A DNA stretch of 64,000 nucleotides from an uncultured Candidatus Poseidoniales archaeon (GCA_905182125.1 CAJJAV010000010.1:68-64067); one strand, 5' to 3'. Shown: positions 9,391 to 19,157, numbered from the stretch's first letter. Numbers and translations: made by a program. Notes: generated from the sequence alone by a model not told the origin.

Positions 9391-10169
9391 GACCCCCATC
9401 GCGAGGTTTTATCGCTTTGTGCGCCCCATTTGAGCATTGGTGTGAGCATAACGCCAAGCGGCGTGAGTTCAATGGCGTGTTTGGCACGACTGTGCGCCGT
9501 ACCTCGCATCTTGACCACCTGTAGGAATCGAAGCAAGTGCCCCATTCGTTCCACGTCACCCATCACAATGATGCCGTCAGCGATTGCCTCTTCCACACCG
9601 AATGAAGACCAGTGGGCGTTCTCGGTCGCTGAAGTAATCTCGGAGATGAGGATGGTTGTGCAACCGAGGGTCGCCAATTTCTTTCCAAGAGTGAATAAGA
9701 AGTCACGAATCAGTTGTTCTGATTTGATCTTGTAACAGAGGGTTGTCACCGAATCGATCACAAGTCGCGTCACCCCAATGGTGTTGACAATGTCGACGAT
9801 TGCTTTGATCAAAGCGTGAACGTCATCCAACTCGAACGAGGCTTTTTCCAAGCCGAGCCAAGAGTAAAGAACGTCCATATCAAAAACGTTGATCAGTCCT
9901 GAATCGACCATGTTCATGTCGAAGAAAGCGTATTGGCGGATGTTCTCGAGGAGTTTGACCGATGGTTCAGTTGCGGTGAAATGGGCGCATGCTTCGCCTG
10001 CGAGGGCTCCCCGTACGAGGAACTCCATTCCAAGGGTGGTTTTTCCTGAACCACAAGTACCTGCAGCCAACACGGTGGACCCGTATGGGATACCGCCACG
10101 GAGAATCTCATCCAATCCATGAATCCCAGTGACACATCGGTCCCGGGTGTAAACGGCGGCTGGTTGCAT
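9387..10169 (-). CDS. Single-domain KaiC-like ATPase
   Basis: TGIHGLDEILRGGIP, GTCGSGKTT (intact Walker A), RLVIDSVT (Walker B), EEAIADGII, LQVVKMRGTAHS; start position uncertain. Confidence 0.9.
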   Translation of the reverse strand: MQPAAVYTRDRCVTGIHGLDEILRGGIPYGSTVLAAGTCGSGKTTLGMEFLVRGALAGEACAHFTATEPSVKLLENIRQYAFFDMNMVDSGLINVFDMDVLYSWLGLEKASFELDDVHALIKAIVDIVNTIGVTRLVIDSVTTLCYKIKSEQLIRDFLFTLGKKLATLGCTTILISEITSATENAHWSSFGVEEAIADGIIVMGDVERMGHLLRFLQVVKMRGTAHSRAKHAIELTPLGVMLTPMLKWGAQSDKTSRWGS

Positions 10170-10261
10170 GGTAACATGCCCAACCAACCGGCCCGGGTTC
10201 ATCAAGCAATCGCCCACCAAGCCTAGGAGGATTGCATTGGAGATGCAAACAGTCAGCCTCG

Positions 10262-11338
10262 TCAAACGTCACCAGGTGAAGGCACCTGCTGAACAGACCA
10301 CGAAGTCAAGGCAGTCGAATTTCCGTCCCATGCCAGCGATTGGCCTGTGATCATGAACAGGCTTGTGTCGCCACCCCATTCAGCACGGAACATGTCGTAG
10401 GGGCGCGCCTCATCCACCTGAGTGTAGCGTAAGGTGAGAACCCCGCTGCCATCGCTCATGCCATTGAACATCCCGACACCGAGGAATCCGTCAACACCTA
10501 AATCGATGACTTGTGAGGCGTTTCCAATCGCTTGTGAACTCGGATCGCCGGTCAGAACCATGGTAGCCTTCCCAGCGATGACACCCGATTTAAACAGATA
10601 ATCAGAGGTGATGGCCGAGGAGGTATGGTTGAGCGACCAACCGCGAAGGGCGATGGCGAAGTCATTCGGATTATAGATTTCAATCCATTCTGGCCCACCG
10701 TTTGCTGGACGGGTCATAAGTTCGGTAATGTGGAGGTCGTTGCTGAGTCGCCCACCGCGATGCACTTCAAGGACAACCTGCCAGACTTCACCATCTTGGA
10801 TGAATTGACGGTTTGCTGTCGAAGAAGCAGATGCTGTTTTGCGGTTTGTACCACCATCAAACAGCATGGCGCCGATTCGACTTGAGTTGGTGCTGGAAAC
10901 CACTTCGATCGAGAGGTGAAGAGAAAAACCTTCATCCAATCCTAAACCATCGATCATGTCACCTTCAGTTAAGTTCTGGATGGCGTTTATTTTGACCGGG
11001 TCAAGGGTACCATTGGTGACCAATCCTGCTTGAATGCGCCCCTCGTCCAAGGCCTCCGCTGTTTGTTCATGCCAGTCGGTTGTGGCGTTGTTGTAATCCA
11101 TACCGGTTTCATTGGCCGGAACAAACCATCCACCGTCGGAGGTGAGGCGGTCCAAACCCTGCACTGCTGCTCGGTCGAGCCGATCAACTGCTGGATCATT
11201 CGAACCCATTTGTAATTGAGCCAGGGAGAGGAAGGCCGTGAGGATCATCAAGAATAAGGCAAAGGCAGAGAGGAATTCAATAACTGCGGTGAGGGCTGTC
11301 TCGTCTCTTTCAAGCGAACGAACCTCCTTACTGCGCAT
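10262..11338 (-). CDS. Type IV pilin-like protein (class III signal peptide-like N-terminus) with C-terminal lamin-tail domain
   Basis: MRSKEVRSLERDETA/LTAVIEFLSAFALFLMILTAFL; LTD motif ITELMTRPANGGPEWIEIYNPNDFAIALRGWSL. Confidence 0.7.
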   Translation of the reverse strand: MRSKEVRSLERDETALTAVIEFLSAFALFLMILTAFLSLAQLQMGSNDPAVDRLDRAAVQGLDRLTSDGGWFVPANETGMDYNNATTDWHEQTAEALDEGRIQAGLVTNGTLDPVKINAIQNLTEGDMIDGLGLDEGFSLHLSIEVVSSTNSSRIGAMLFDGGTNRKTASASSTANRQFIQDGEVWQVVLEVHRGGRLSNDLHITELMTRPANGGPEWIEIYNPNDFAIALRGWSLNHTSSAITSDYLFKSGVIAGKATMVLTGDPSSQAIGNASQVIDLGVDGFLGVGMFNGMSDGSGVLTLRYTQVDEARPYDMFRAEWGGDTSLFMITGQSLAWDGNSTALTSWSVQQVPSPGDV

Positions 11339-11465
11339 GTTTGTGGGTGAGGTTCGGCGCTTCAAGAGGTTGCCGCATGGTGTGAGGACAGAAGGTGAAA
11401 TTCGGGGGTCTTCCCCCCCTTCGGGGGCGATGAGTCTTTGAATCCCCCATGCGAGCCATCGTTCA

Positions 11466-14423
11466 ATGTCGAACCGGACGCAACAATCAAGCGGCCAAAA
11501 AACGGGCAGTTTCTCCATGGTGTTTCTGCTCCTGTTGGCATCGCTAACAGGCCTTATTTCACTGCCAGCAACTGCTGCCGAAGAAAGTGGAGATCTAGGC
11601 ATCATGGCCTCTTTGTCCCCTCTCGATGATTCATGGGCCTCTTCATGGGACCCGCTTAGTTTCGAGGCCACAATTTCAAATCAAGGCTTAGGCACGAGCT
11701 CAAACCGGGCGATGAAGTGGTTCGTCTGCGAGGGCGACATGACCGGCCCTGTCTGCAAATCGAACGCTGATGCAAGCGGTTCGTTCTCCCTTTCGAGCAT
11801 ATTCCCTGGCCTCACCACCAATGTTACAGCGGATGCTGATTGGAATCCATCAGGAGACCAAGGCACCTTTACGATCGTTTATGCATTTGAAGTCAACGAC
11901 CAAGATGCATCCGATGACATGTTGACTCTTACCGTCAACTTGACGCGCTCGTATGTTGATTTAGAAGTCGACACCACCTACAATCCACTTGAGGATCTGG
12001 AAGCAACGGCAACATACGATGGCGCCGTTGTCCTCAACACAGGTACGGATTATGTCCTCAATGCAAAGGGCCTTGTGAATGCATGTGGTACCTGTAATTT
12101 CGAAGCAAACCTTGGCTGGCAACTCTGGACCATTGATGCATCGCCTACCATGATCTCTGATGCCTACACCACTTTTACCAACCTCCCTTCATGGGGCGGT
12201 CAATCCCCCTTCACTCGCTCACTCCCTCAAATGAACAACAGCGCAGAAGGCGAATTTACACTCAAATGGGGCTTGTTCAGCAGCACGGGCACACCGTACG
12301 GGGACCTTGACGAAAGCAACGATATAACCTCGGTCAGCGTGGTATTCGATGACACCATCGACCTCCAAGCAACCTCGATGGTCCCCTCGCATGATCCCAC
12401 CTCAATGACCTATTATTACGGGACAAGCATGGTTACATCCATCGTTTCCAACATCGGTAACAAATCCGTAGACATGGTTTCAGTGGCTTTCCAAGTCTAT
12501 GACCCAATTGGTGAGGTCGAATATGAAACATCATGTATGCTGTATGCCTTCCACCCGGGAGAAACTCGGACGTGCTTTTTCAACGTTACAACCGTTGGTG
12601 CAGATCGTACGCTCACGATTCAAGTCCCAGCGAATCACGACGAAGGTGATGAAACGAAGTACAGCAATAACGCCCTCTCTGAGGTCGCTGACCTCGTCGC
12701 AGGAGACATCAATGCGAACATCGATCAAGCCAGTGCAACCGGCATATACACGACCGGTGAAAACATTCTGATGAGCGCTCGAAACAGCGCCACCGCCGCT
12801 GGTCCACTCAATTACTCGTGGTGGGTCTCTGGTATCATCAACCTCGGGTATGGTGCTGCGTTGAATGTATCAGGTGGGACCCTCGGACTTGGCGACCACA
12901 CTGTAACCCTCCGTGTCACCGATGTGTTTGGTGAATTGGAGTCTGTTCACAAAGAAATCACGGTTTACGAATACATCTCATTGGACAATGGCGAACTGTT
13001 TAGCGGTCAAGCCGTCGCACGCACTTCTGCATACTTAAGGTTCGAATCATCCCTCCCCGTGCTCGGCACATCTTACGGGATTGGTGAAGGGAAGGAGCCA
13101 CTGCTCTTGCTTTCTTTTGAAATCCTCTCGACCATTGATGACTCACCCGAAGTCGGCATGGATTGGATGGACATTCAATTGAATTTGACTGCGCTGCTGC
13201 CTGAAAACATCCCCCTCGAGTCCGTGGGTGTACGCTACTTACCAACCTTGGATGACTACATCTGGGACTACCTTGGCGATTCCACGACCAATGAAGATGG
13301 AACGATCGATGTCACCCTCACAACGAATGGTGTGATTCTCATCATTGGAGAATCTCCTGCTGCAAATTTGAGCACAGGGCACCTGACCAGCACACAAATC
13401 GAAGGTGGACAATTGCACCTCAACTGGACCGCATCAGGCGATGCAACAAATCCCTACATCGGTGGCTGGAACATCTACAAGTTACTGATTGTTCAACAGG
13501 CAGGTACCCTTTTCCCCAACCCAAGCAATGGCGTGAACACATTCATTTGGAAAGAATTGACTGGAGATTCGCTTGTTGCCTCAATCGATGCTTCATCAAA
13601 TAACTGGACGGACCCCGTACCATTGGCGACCGGAGATTGTGCATCGTATGCCATCATGCCAGCGAACCGTGAAGGAGCCCCCGACTTCGAACACATCAAT
13701 GTCAGCTTAGATGAGAACGGCCAAGCAAGCGCTTTTTGTGGTGACGCAATTCCACCGGTCTCAAGCATCAGCAACTTCCAACACAGCTCAACCTTCACCA
13801 ACGACTCTGAGTGTTACAAAATCGTCAATGACTGGAACATGTGCTACGAACTCAACCTCACATGGACTTGGCCAGAGAATGAAGCGAACGGGGAACTGTT
13901 TTGGAACCTGTACATGATCGAACAAGAACCAAACGGCATTGATGTCAGGTTCTTAACACCCATTTTGGAGAACATTGCTTCAACCCCTGGTGAAATGGGG
14001 TATTACAATCAATCTGGTGTTGAGGATTCAAGCCTAAGGCCCCTCAGAACATATTACTTCATTCTCGCACCTGTTGATGCTGTTGGCAATGAAGAAACCA
14101 CAACCGCTTACCCGTCACCAAACGTCGAACGTGTCTACATCCAAGATGAATGGTGGGACTTCTATCAACACCTTATCCCAGAGCCAGAGCCAGAGCCAGA
14201 ACCACCGTTGGGTGTCCCTTGGCTGGGTACGTTAACCGATTACATGCAAGAAGACGAATTCAAGACCACAGGTCTCGCTTCACTGATTGTGTTGGTGTTG
14301 TCAATCATCTCCCTCCCCATTCTGCTGCAAAAGCGAAAGCGATTGAAGCGAGTGATCTCTGCCAGAAAACGCCGAGCAGGCGGTGCGACAGCGGCTGACG
14401 AATTCGATGACTTCTTCGATTGA
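11466..14423 (+). CDS. Large secreted, membrane-anchored surface protein (CARDB/PKD/FN3-like beta-sandwich domains)
   Basis: 985 aa; signal peptide, NIGNK/HTVTLRVTD..G/YYFILAPVDAVGNE-type motifs, PEPEPEPEP linker, C-terminal TM followed by KRKRLKR and DEFDDFFD. Confidence 0.75.
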   Translation: MSNRTQQSSGQKTGSFSMVFLLLLASLTGLISLPATAAEESGDLGIMASLSPLDDSWASSWDPLSFEATISNQGLGTSSNRAMKWFVCEGDMTGPVCKSNADASGSFSLSSIFPGLTTNVTADADWNPSGDQGTFTIVYAFEVNDQDASDDMLTLTVNLTRSYVDLEVDTTYNPLEDLEATATYDGAVVLNTGTDYVLNAKGLVNACGTCNFEANLGWQLWTIDASPTMISDAYTTFTNLPSWGGQSPFTRSLPQMNNSAEGEFTLKWGLFSSTGTPYGDLDESNDITSVSVVFDDTIDLQATSMVPSHDPTSMTYYYGTSMVTSIVSNIGNKSVDMVSVAFQVYDPIGEVEYETSCMLYAFHPGETRTCFFNVTTVGADRTLTIQVPANHDEGDETKYSNNALSEVADLVAGDINANIDQASATGIYTTGENILMSARNSATAAGPLNYSWWVSGIINLGYGAALNVSGGTLGLGDHTVTLRVTDVFGELESVHKEITVYEYISLDNGELFSGQAVARTSAYLRFESSLPVLGTSYGIGEGKEPLLLLSFEILSTIDDSPEVGMDWMDIQLNLTALLPENIPLESVGVRYLPTLDDYIWDYLGDSTTNEDGTIDVTLTTNGVILIIGESPAANLSTGHLTSTQIEGGQLHLNWTASGDATNPYIGGWNIYKLLIVQQAGTLFPNPSNGVNTFIWKELTGDSLVASIDASSNNWTDPVPLATGDCASYAIMPANREGAPDFEHINVSLDENGQASAFCGDAIPPVSSISNFQHSSTFTNDSECYKIVNDWNMCYELNLTWTWPENEANGELFWNLYMIEQEPNGIDVRFLTPILENIASTPGEMGYYNQSGVEDSSLRPLRTYYFILAPVDAVGNEETTTAYPSPNVERVYIQDEWWDFYQHLIPEPEPEPEPPLGVPWLGTLTDYMQEDEFKTTGLASLIVLVLSIISLPILLQKRKRLKRVISARKRRAGGATAADEFDDFFD

Positions 14424-14432
14424 AGTCAACTA

Positions 14433-14519
14433 TGGCGCGGCAGGGGAGATTTGAACTCCCGAGGTGAGACACCACTGGATTAGCAATCCAGCGCAATGGC
14501 CAGGCTATGCGACTGCCGC
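14433..14519 (-). tRNA. tRNA-Ser (GCT)
   Basis: Minus strand GCGGCAG...CTGGA-TTGCTAA-TCCAG, long variable arm, GGGAGTTCAAATCTCCC T-arm, CTGCCGC-G-CCA end. Confidence 0.97.
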
Positions 14520-14607
14520 AGACAAAGCCGCCGACCGATGAAGCAGTCATGAACATGACGGTGGGGTCTGGCTGAGCCTTATCGCTGTTAAACAGGCCAC
14601 TGAGGCA

Positions 14608-15612
14608 TCAAAGTGGTCCAAGTGGACCGAGCCAAGAGGAAGGAGGCACGCACACCAACACAAGGGCGAGGTGCATCCATCCGAGGTAATACAACGAGCG
14701 GAAGAATGATTTCGCAGCTTTTGGCATGCGCCCATTTTCATCGAGTTCTTCCAGTGGATCGATGTCCCAAACTGATTTTGCATACCATACGGTCAAGCCT
14801 CCGGCAATGAAGGCCCAAAGCAGAGGTAAGCCTGAACTCGGCCAAAAGCATGGGACACTACCGAGCAGAAGCAAGCATAGGCAGTAGGCTTTGGAGAGAA
14901 AAATGGTATGCTCAGGGCCTCGAACTTCGTTCATCATAGGCACTTCGGCTTTTGCGTATTCACCTGAGCGGTACAACGCCAGTGCCCAAAAGTGAGGGGG
15001 GGTCCAAAAGAAAATCAAGGCAAAAAACAACCATGGCACAGGGGAGCCAAGCGCAAGAGGGTTCAATCCTTCCAAAATAGAATCGCCTGCTGCTGCAGCC
15101 CAGCCAATCAGCGGCGGTGTCGCACCTGCAATACCCCCGATGACGATGTTCTGAGGTGTGCGTCGCTTCAACCACATCGAATAGATGAGGACGTAGAAGA
15201 ACACCGAGAAAAACGACCAAAAGGCTGCCTTCCAACTGACGAGAAAAAAGAGCGAGGATCCGAGAACAGCAATGGTCGTTCCAAACGCCAAAGCCCCACG
15301 GGCTGAGATGTGCCCCTGTGGCACAGGACGGTTCTTGGTTCGCCTCATCAACGGGTCGATGTCTGCATCGTACCACATGTTGATGGCGTTTGATCCACCG
15401 GCAGAAAGGGTGCCTCCAACAACAGTGATGAAGATGGTGAACATGGTATCTGTCCATGTTCGTTCGAGTGGTGTCACCAAATCATGAACGAGGATCGCAC
15501 AAATGGCAGTCACCTGCAACAGAACAATCACTCGCAACTTCATCAATTGACGAAACACATTGAACCAACCTGGGTGCGGGGTCTGAACCACCTCGTCAGC
15601 ACCCAAATCCAA
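14608..15612 (-). CDS. ctaB: Protoheme IX farnesyltransferase (heme O synthase)
   Basis: LMKLRVI, NMWYDADIDPLMRRTKNRP, LKRRTPQNIVIGG, FWTPPHFWAL; TTG start with GGAGG RBS. Confidence 0.95.
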   Translation of the reverse strand: MDLGADEVVQTPHPGWFNVFRQLMKLRVIVLLQVTAICAILVHDLVTPLERTWTDTMFTIFITVVGGTLSAGGSNAINMWYDADIDPLMRRTKNRPVPQGHISARGALAFGTTIAVLGSSLFFLVSWKAAFWSFFSVFFYVLIYSMWLKRRTPQNIVIGGIAGATPPLIGWAAAAGDSILEGLNPLALGSPVPWLFFALIFFWTPPHFWALALYRSGEYAKAEVPMMNEVRGPEHTIFLSKAYCLCLLLLGSVPCFWPSSGLPLLWAFIAGGLTVWYAKSVWDIDPLEELDENGRMPKAAKSFFRSLYYLGWMHLALVLVCVPPSSWLGPLGPL

Positions 15613-15614
15613 GG

Positions 15615-16682
15615 TTATGCCTCCTCTGTTCTATCACTGAAATGAGAGGCTGAGATATTCATTGAAAACAAGGCACTGCTGGCGATGAGCAAACCTGTGA
15701 TGCCTACGACGAGATGCAGGAGTGAGACCCACTCAGGGAAATTGTCCATTTTAGCTGCGATGATGTAAGTGCCTCCAATCATGACGTTCAGCATCCAGAA
15801 TCCAGCGGTAATATCGGTGATTCGCCCAATGCTTGTTCCTGCATTATGCTCTCTGGCCTCTGAACGGATTCGAGCTGACCCCGCCACCAACACCAGGCCA
15901 ACAATCAATGCCCCGAAGCGATGGACCATTTGAACAAGCACACCTGGGCCATCAAACGAAGGAAGAACACTGCCATTGCACTTTGGCCAGCCGGTTGGGA
16001 ATCCGACTGAACACCCTTGATTGTACTGGCCACCTGCTGTTGAGGAGACCCATGCACCAAGAATGAGCAAGGTGAACACCGCTCCAACCATGGCGTCGAT
16101 ACGACGCTTATTGGCCACGACAAAAGCTTCTGGAAGATAGAACAGTGGATGGAAGGAACCCTCTTTTGATCTCATTTCCATATGCTGGAAAATGAAAGCG
16201 GCTGAGAAGATACACGCCATCGATAAGTGAAGGGCAACCGACCAATCGGCGTTATCGAAGAACACTGTAAGCGCTCCTGCAGTCGCTTGAAGAATCAGCA
16301 TGATACCTGCGAAAACAGCCAACTGGTAGGCCTTCGTTCCGTATGTTGCTCGCTTTGAACGCAACAGTAAGGCGTTGGCGAGAACTGGTAATGCGATGAT
16401 ACCAACCATGGCTCGATGAATCCATTCAGTGAAAATTTCGAACGTTGTGTAACGGTGGTCTTCGCCCCGTGAATCAACTTCTTCGGGATTCGCCTCCCAG
16501 TAAGCAGCCTGTTCATCAACTGAGATGTCAAAGCCCCAGGTTCCAAAACACTGAGGCCAATCTGGGCACGATTCACCAGCATCATTGATGCGAATTGTTC
16601 CACCGGCAACGATGATGACAAGCGCCATTCCCAACAAAACGAGAGGGAGGGTTGAGGGGCGACGCCACCATACACCCTCCAT
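15615..16682 (-). CDS. ctaA: Heme A synthase (COX15/CtaA)
   Basis: CPDWPQC, EWIHR, ALHL, second Cys pair C...WPKC, QMVHR, LLHL; start 16682 supported by a promoter-like TTCAAA at -30..-25. Confidence 0.92.
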   Translation of the reverse strand: MEGVWWRRPSTLPLVLLGMALVIIVAGGTIRINDAGESCPDWPQCFGTWGFDISVDEQAAYWEANPEEVDSRGEDHRYTTFEIFTEWIHRAMVGIIALPVLANALLLRSKRATYGTKAYQLAVFAGIMLILQATAGALTVFFDNADWSVALHLSMACIFSAAFIFQHMEMRSKEGSFHPLFYLPEAFVVANKRRIDAMVGAVFTLLILGAWVSSTAGGQYNQGCSVGFPTGWPKCNGSVLPSFDGPGVLVQMVHRFGALIVGLVLVAGSARIRSEAREHNAGTSIGRITDITAGFWMLNVMIGGTYIIAAKMDNFPEWVSLLHLVVGITGLLIASSALFSMNISASHFSDRTEEA

Positions 16683-16734
16683 GTGCAAAGGTGAGAGGGG
16701 ACCCCTTTTGAACACATTCCTATACCCACGCATC

Positions 16735-17646
16735 ATGGAGGGAAGGAATTTCATGTGTTCATTTGCAGTGCTTGTTGTTGTGCTTGCTTCCAGTGGTTCG
16801 ATTTTAGAGGGGGCTGCCGCTCAAGAAACGAGTTCTGTGCAAGAAGGCGCTACACTTGATGTGCTCTATTTGTCTGAAGCCTGCCTCGGTCTCGAAGAGG
16901 GGTGTGAACAGATTCGCCCTGATCATTTCATCGAATACTTTGGCGCTGATTGGTGCGAACCTTGCAAAGTGGTGGACAGCGACATCGACGCCATCAACAC
17001 AACCGATGCGTTTGTTATGCGACATCACCCCTCACCGTTGGACATATCCTACAACAATGACTCAAATCTTAGATTCAATTGGATGTACAGGTTGCTGTTT
17101 TTACCAAGCCTGATTCACAATGGGGAAGGCTTGCTTACCGGCATCAGCCAAGCGGAAGACCTTGGTGACGTGATGAGCAACAGCACAACGACGTTTGCGG
17201 GTCTGGATACGGTTGCGCTCAACAACACATTGCTCACGTGGAACTCTTCGGTCAACGGTACTGTTTCTGTATGGCGCTTAGGTGACGTAAAGCATGAAAC
17301 TGAAAACTACACACATCAGAACATGGTCATTGGAGCTGCCCATTTCAACGCCACTTCCTTGCAGGGGAACATCAGCCAGATCTTAGAAATGAATGGTACT
17401 GGTCTCGTGGTGATGCTTGAAACCGATGGTGAACGGAGTCTCACTGTGAAATCTGAAAACCCGGCAGCGGGTTTAGATCTCATCGACAACGAAGATGGGA
17501 GGGTCATGTCCGCTATCGAACAAACTTCTGGTGCTCGCCTAGCCATGGCGACAATGGTTGGTTTACTGGTGCTTTTAGCACCGGCCCTGGTCATGTGGAA
17601 GAACGCTCTCAAATCCACTCCAATGGCTGCATCTGAACAAGAATAG
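16735..17646 (+). CDS. Secreted thioredoxin-fold protein with C-terminal membrane anchor
   Basis: EYFGADWCEPC (CxxC), signal peptide, C-terminal TM; divergent from ctaA. Confidence 0.7.
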   Translation: MEGRNFMCSFAVLVVVLASSGSILEGAAAQETSSVQEGATLDVLYLSEACLGLEEGCEQIRPDHFIEYFGADWCEPCKVVDSDIDAINTTDAFVMRHHPSPLDISYNNDSNLRFNWMYRLLFLPSLIHNGEGLLTGISQAEDLGDVMSNSTTTFAGLDTVALNNTLLTWNSSVNGTVSVWRLGDVKHETENYTHQNMVIGAAHFNATSLQGNISQILEMNGTGLVVMLETDGERSLTVKSENPAAGLDLIDNEDGRVMSAIEQTSGARLAMATMVGLLVLLAPALVMWKNALKSTPMAASEQE

Positions 17647-17734
17647 GACCTTCCTGCCGGTCAAGCCCTTGGGTTAGGTTCAAGAAGAGTAGGTAAGTCG
17701 GCAACTTGCGACACTGTTCGCAGGTGCATCTCTC

Positions 17735-17989
17735 ATGGTCAAGCCAGCACGACTCCATACCCGCTTCGAACGAGCCCGAATCATTGGTGCACGCGCACTT
17801 CAGATTGGAATGGGTGCGCCACTTTATGCCAACGAAGAGGTTCTTCGTGAAGCATTCCGAGAAGAACTTATTTCACTCTACGGTCTTGACGAAGCCAACG
17901 TCCGATTTGTATTGGACCCGCTCAAGATTGCGCTCTATGAATACGAACACGAGTTGATCCCAATCGACATCGACCCTCACCTCGATTGA
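17735..17989 (+). CDS. rpoK: DNA-directed RNA polymerase subunit K (Rpo6)
   Basis: TRFERARIIGARALQIGMGAP signature, ending DPLKIALYEYEHELIPI. Confidence 0.95.
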   Translation: MVKPARLHTRFERARIIGARALQIGMGAPLYANEEVLREAFREELISLYGLDEANVRFVLDPLKIALYEYEHELIPIDIDPHLD

Positions 17990-17991
17990 GT

Positions 17992-19086
17992 TTACTCGTT
18001 TATTGCAAACCCGTAGAATTCGGGTTGGCTAACATCAGCCAGTGATTCTCGCTTGACAAGCATGGTACGTACCGCCCATAAATCGACGAACACTCTGTAT
18101 TTTGTTGTAGCATCCAAGTAATCAACACCGCTTGATCCACCTGTGCCCATGCGTCGTCCAATCATCCGTTCAACCATACGAGCGTGAGCAGAGCGGAACA
18201 GCAGCATGCCTTGTTCGAGTCCGACAAAAGCATCGATGAGTTTTCTCGGCCACGAAAGCAAGGGGAGTTCTGGGTACGATTCAATAAACAACAAACCTGC
18301 TCTAGAGCGAGAGATCACGCCCTCTGGCTTGAGGAATGATTCAGCTTGGATACGGGCTGCCTCGATGCGTGGCCGTACCTGAGCCTCTTCACCGTGGCCG
18401 ATTGCAACGATGTGTGCGATGACATCTTCGCCATGGCGTTCCATGACCTCGAGGTGCCCATCGACGAATGCTGCGATGATCTCTGCATCACCTGGTGCAC
18501 CGGAGAGTGACCCATTAATTGGAGTTCGAGCAAGCCACGCACACAGTGCATCGTTGAGGGAAGGGGCGTTGGAAGTGACTTGAAAATCTGACAACACTTT
18601 GGCACTCACTTTCCCTTCGGAAGCGAGTTTCTTCATGTGAAGCAGCGGGTCCATCCCACCCATTCGCTGTTCATTTTCAAGGCCGAGGAGGACTTCCATT
18701 TCCCTCATTTGCCAAGATTCAAAACCTGAAGAAGTCCCTAACTTATCTCTGAAAGCGAGGAAATCTTGAGGCGCTAAGGTTTCCATGACCTTCCACTGAT
18801 TGGCAAGCAATCGGAAGATTTCGGTCACCCGATCTAGATGGTGCACCAGCTGGGGCAAAGACTTCTCTTCGACATGATCCCTGTTAAGGATTGAATGTGA
18901 TTCCTTCAATTCTCGTAAGACCATCTTGAACCAAAGTTCGAAGGTTTGGTGGGTGATGATGAAATGTTGTTCATCGTTGCAAAGGGCGGGACCGTAACCT
19001 TCTGGACCATCTTGTAGGTCCAGAACTTCATTCAAACGCAGGTAGCCTCCGTAAGTCATTCGATGTGTTGGGGAACCTTCGGCCAT
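17992..19086 (-). CDS. kynA: Tryptophan 2,3-dioxygenase
   Basis: YGGYLRLNEVL, FIITHQTFELWFK, FRDKLGTSSGFES, RMIGRRMGTGGSSGVDYL. Confidence 0.93.
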   Translation of the reverse strand: MAEGSPTHRMTYGGYLRLNEVLDLQDGPEGYGPALCNDEQHFIITHQTFELWFKMVLRELKESHSILNRDHVEEKSLPQLVHHLDRVTEIFRLLANQWKVMETLAPQDFLAFRDKLGTSSGFESWQMREMEVLLGLENEQRMGGMDPLLHMKKLASEGKVSAKVLSDFQVTSNAPSLNDALCAWLARTPINGSLSGAPGDAEIIAAFVDGHLEVMERHGEDVIAHIVAIGHGEEAQVRPRIEAARIQAESFLKPEGVISRSRAGLLFIESYPELPLLSWPRKLIDAFVGLEQGMLLFRSAHARMVERMIGRRMGTGGSSGVDYLDATTKYRVFVDLWAVRTMLVKRESLADVSQPEFYGFAINE

Positions 19087-19157
19087 GAGGCGACATCTTC
19101 AACGAGCCCTTGAACTCTTCACCCGAATGGTGAAGGTTGGGGATTGATTGAGCACGG

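Noticed and set aside
7985-10169. Circadian clock
   Set aside because: The KaiC-like proteins are single-domain, and no kaiA, kaiB or double-domain KaiC is present
14178-14204. (CCAGAG)n microsatellite as a phase-variation site
   Set aside because: An in-frame hexamer encoding a Pro-Glu linker; length change would not switch expression
14433-14519. tRNA-Ser as the integration site of a mobile element
   Set aside because: No duplicated tRNA 3' end, integrase or transposase was seen in the window
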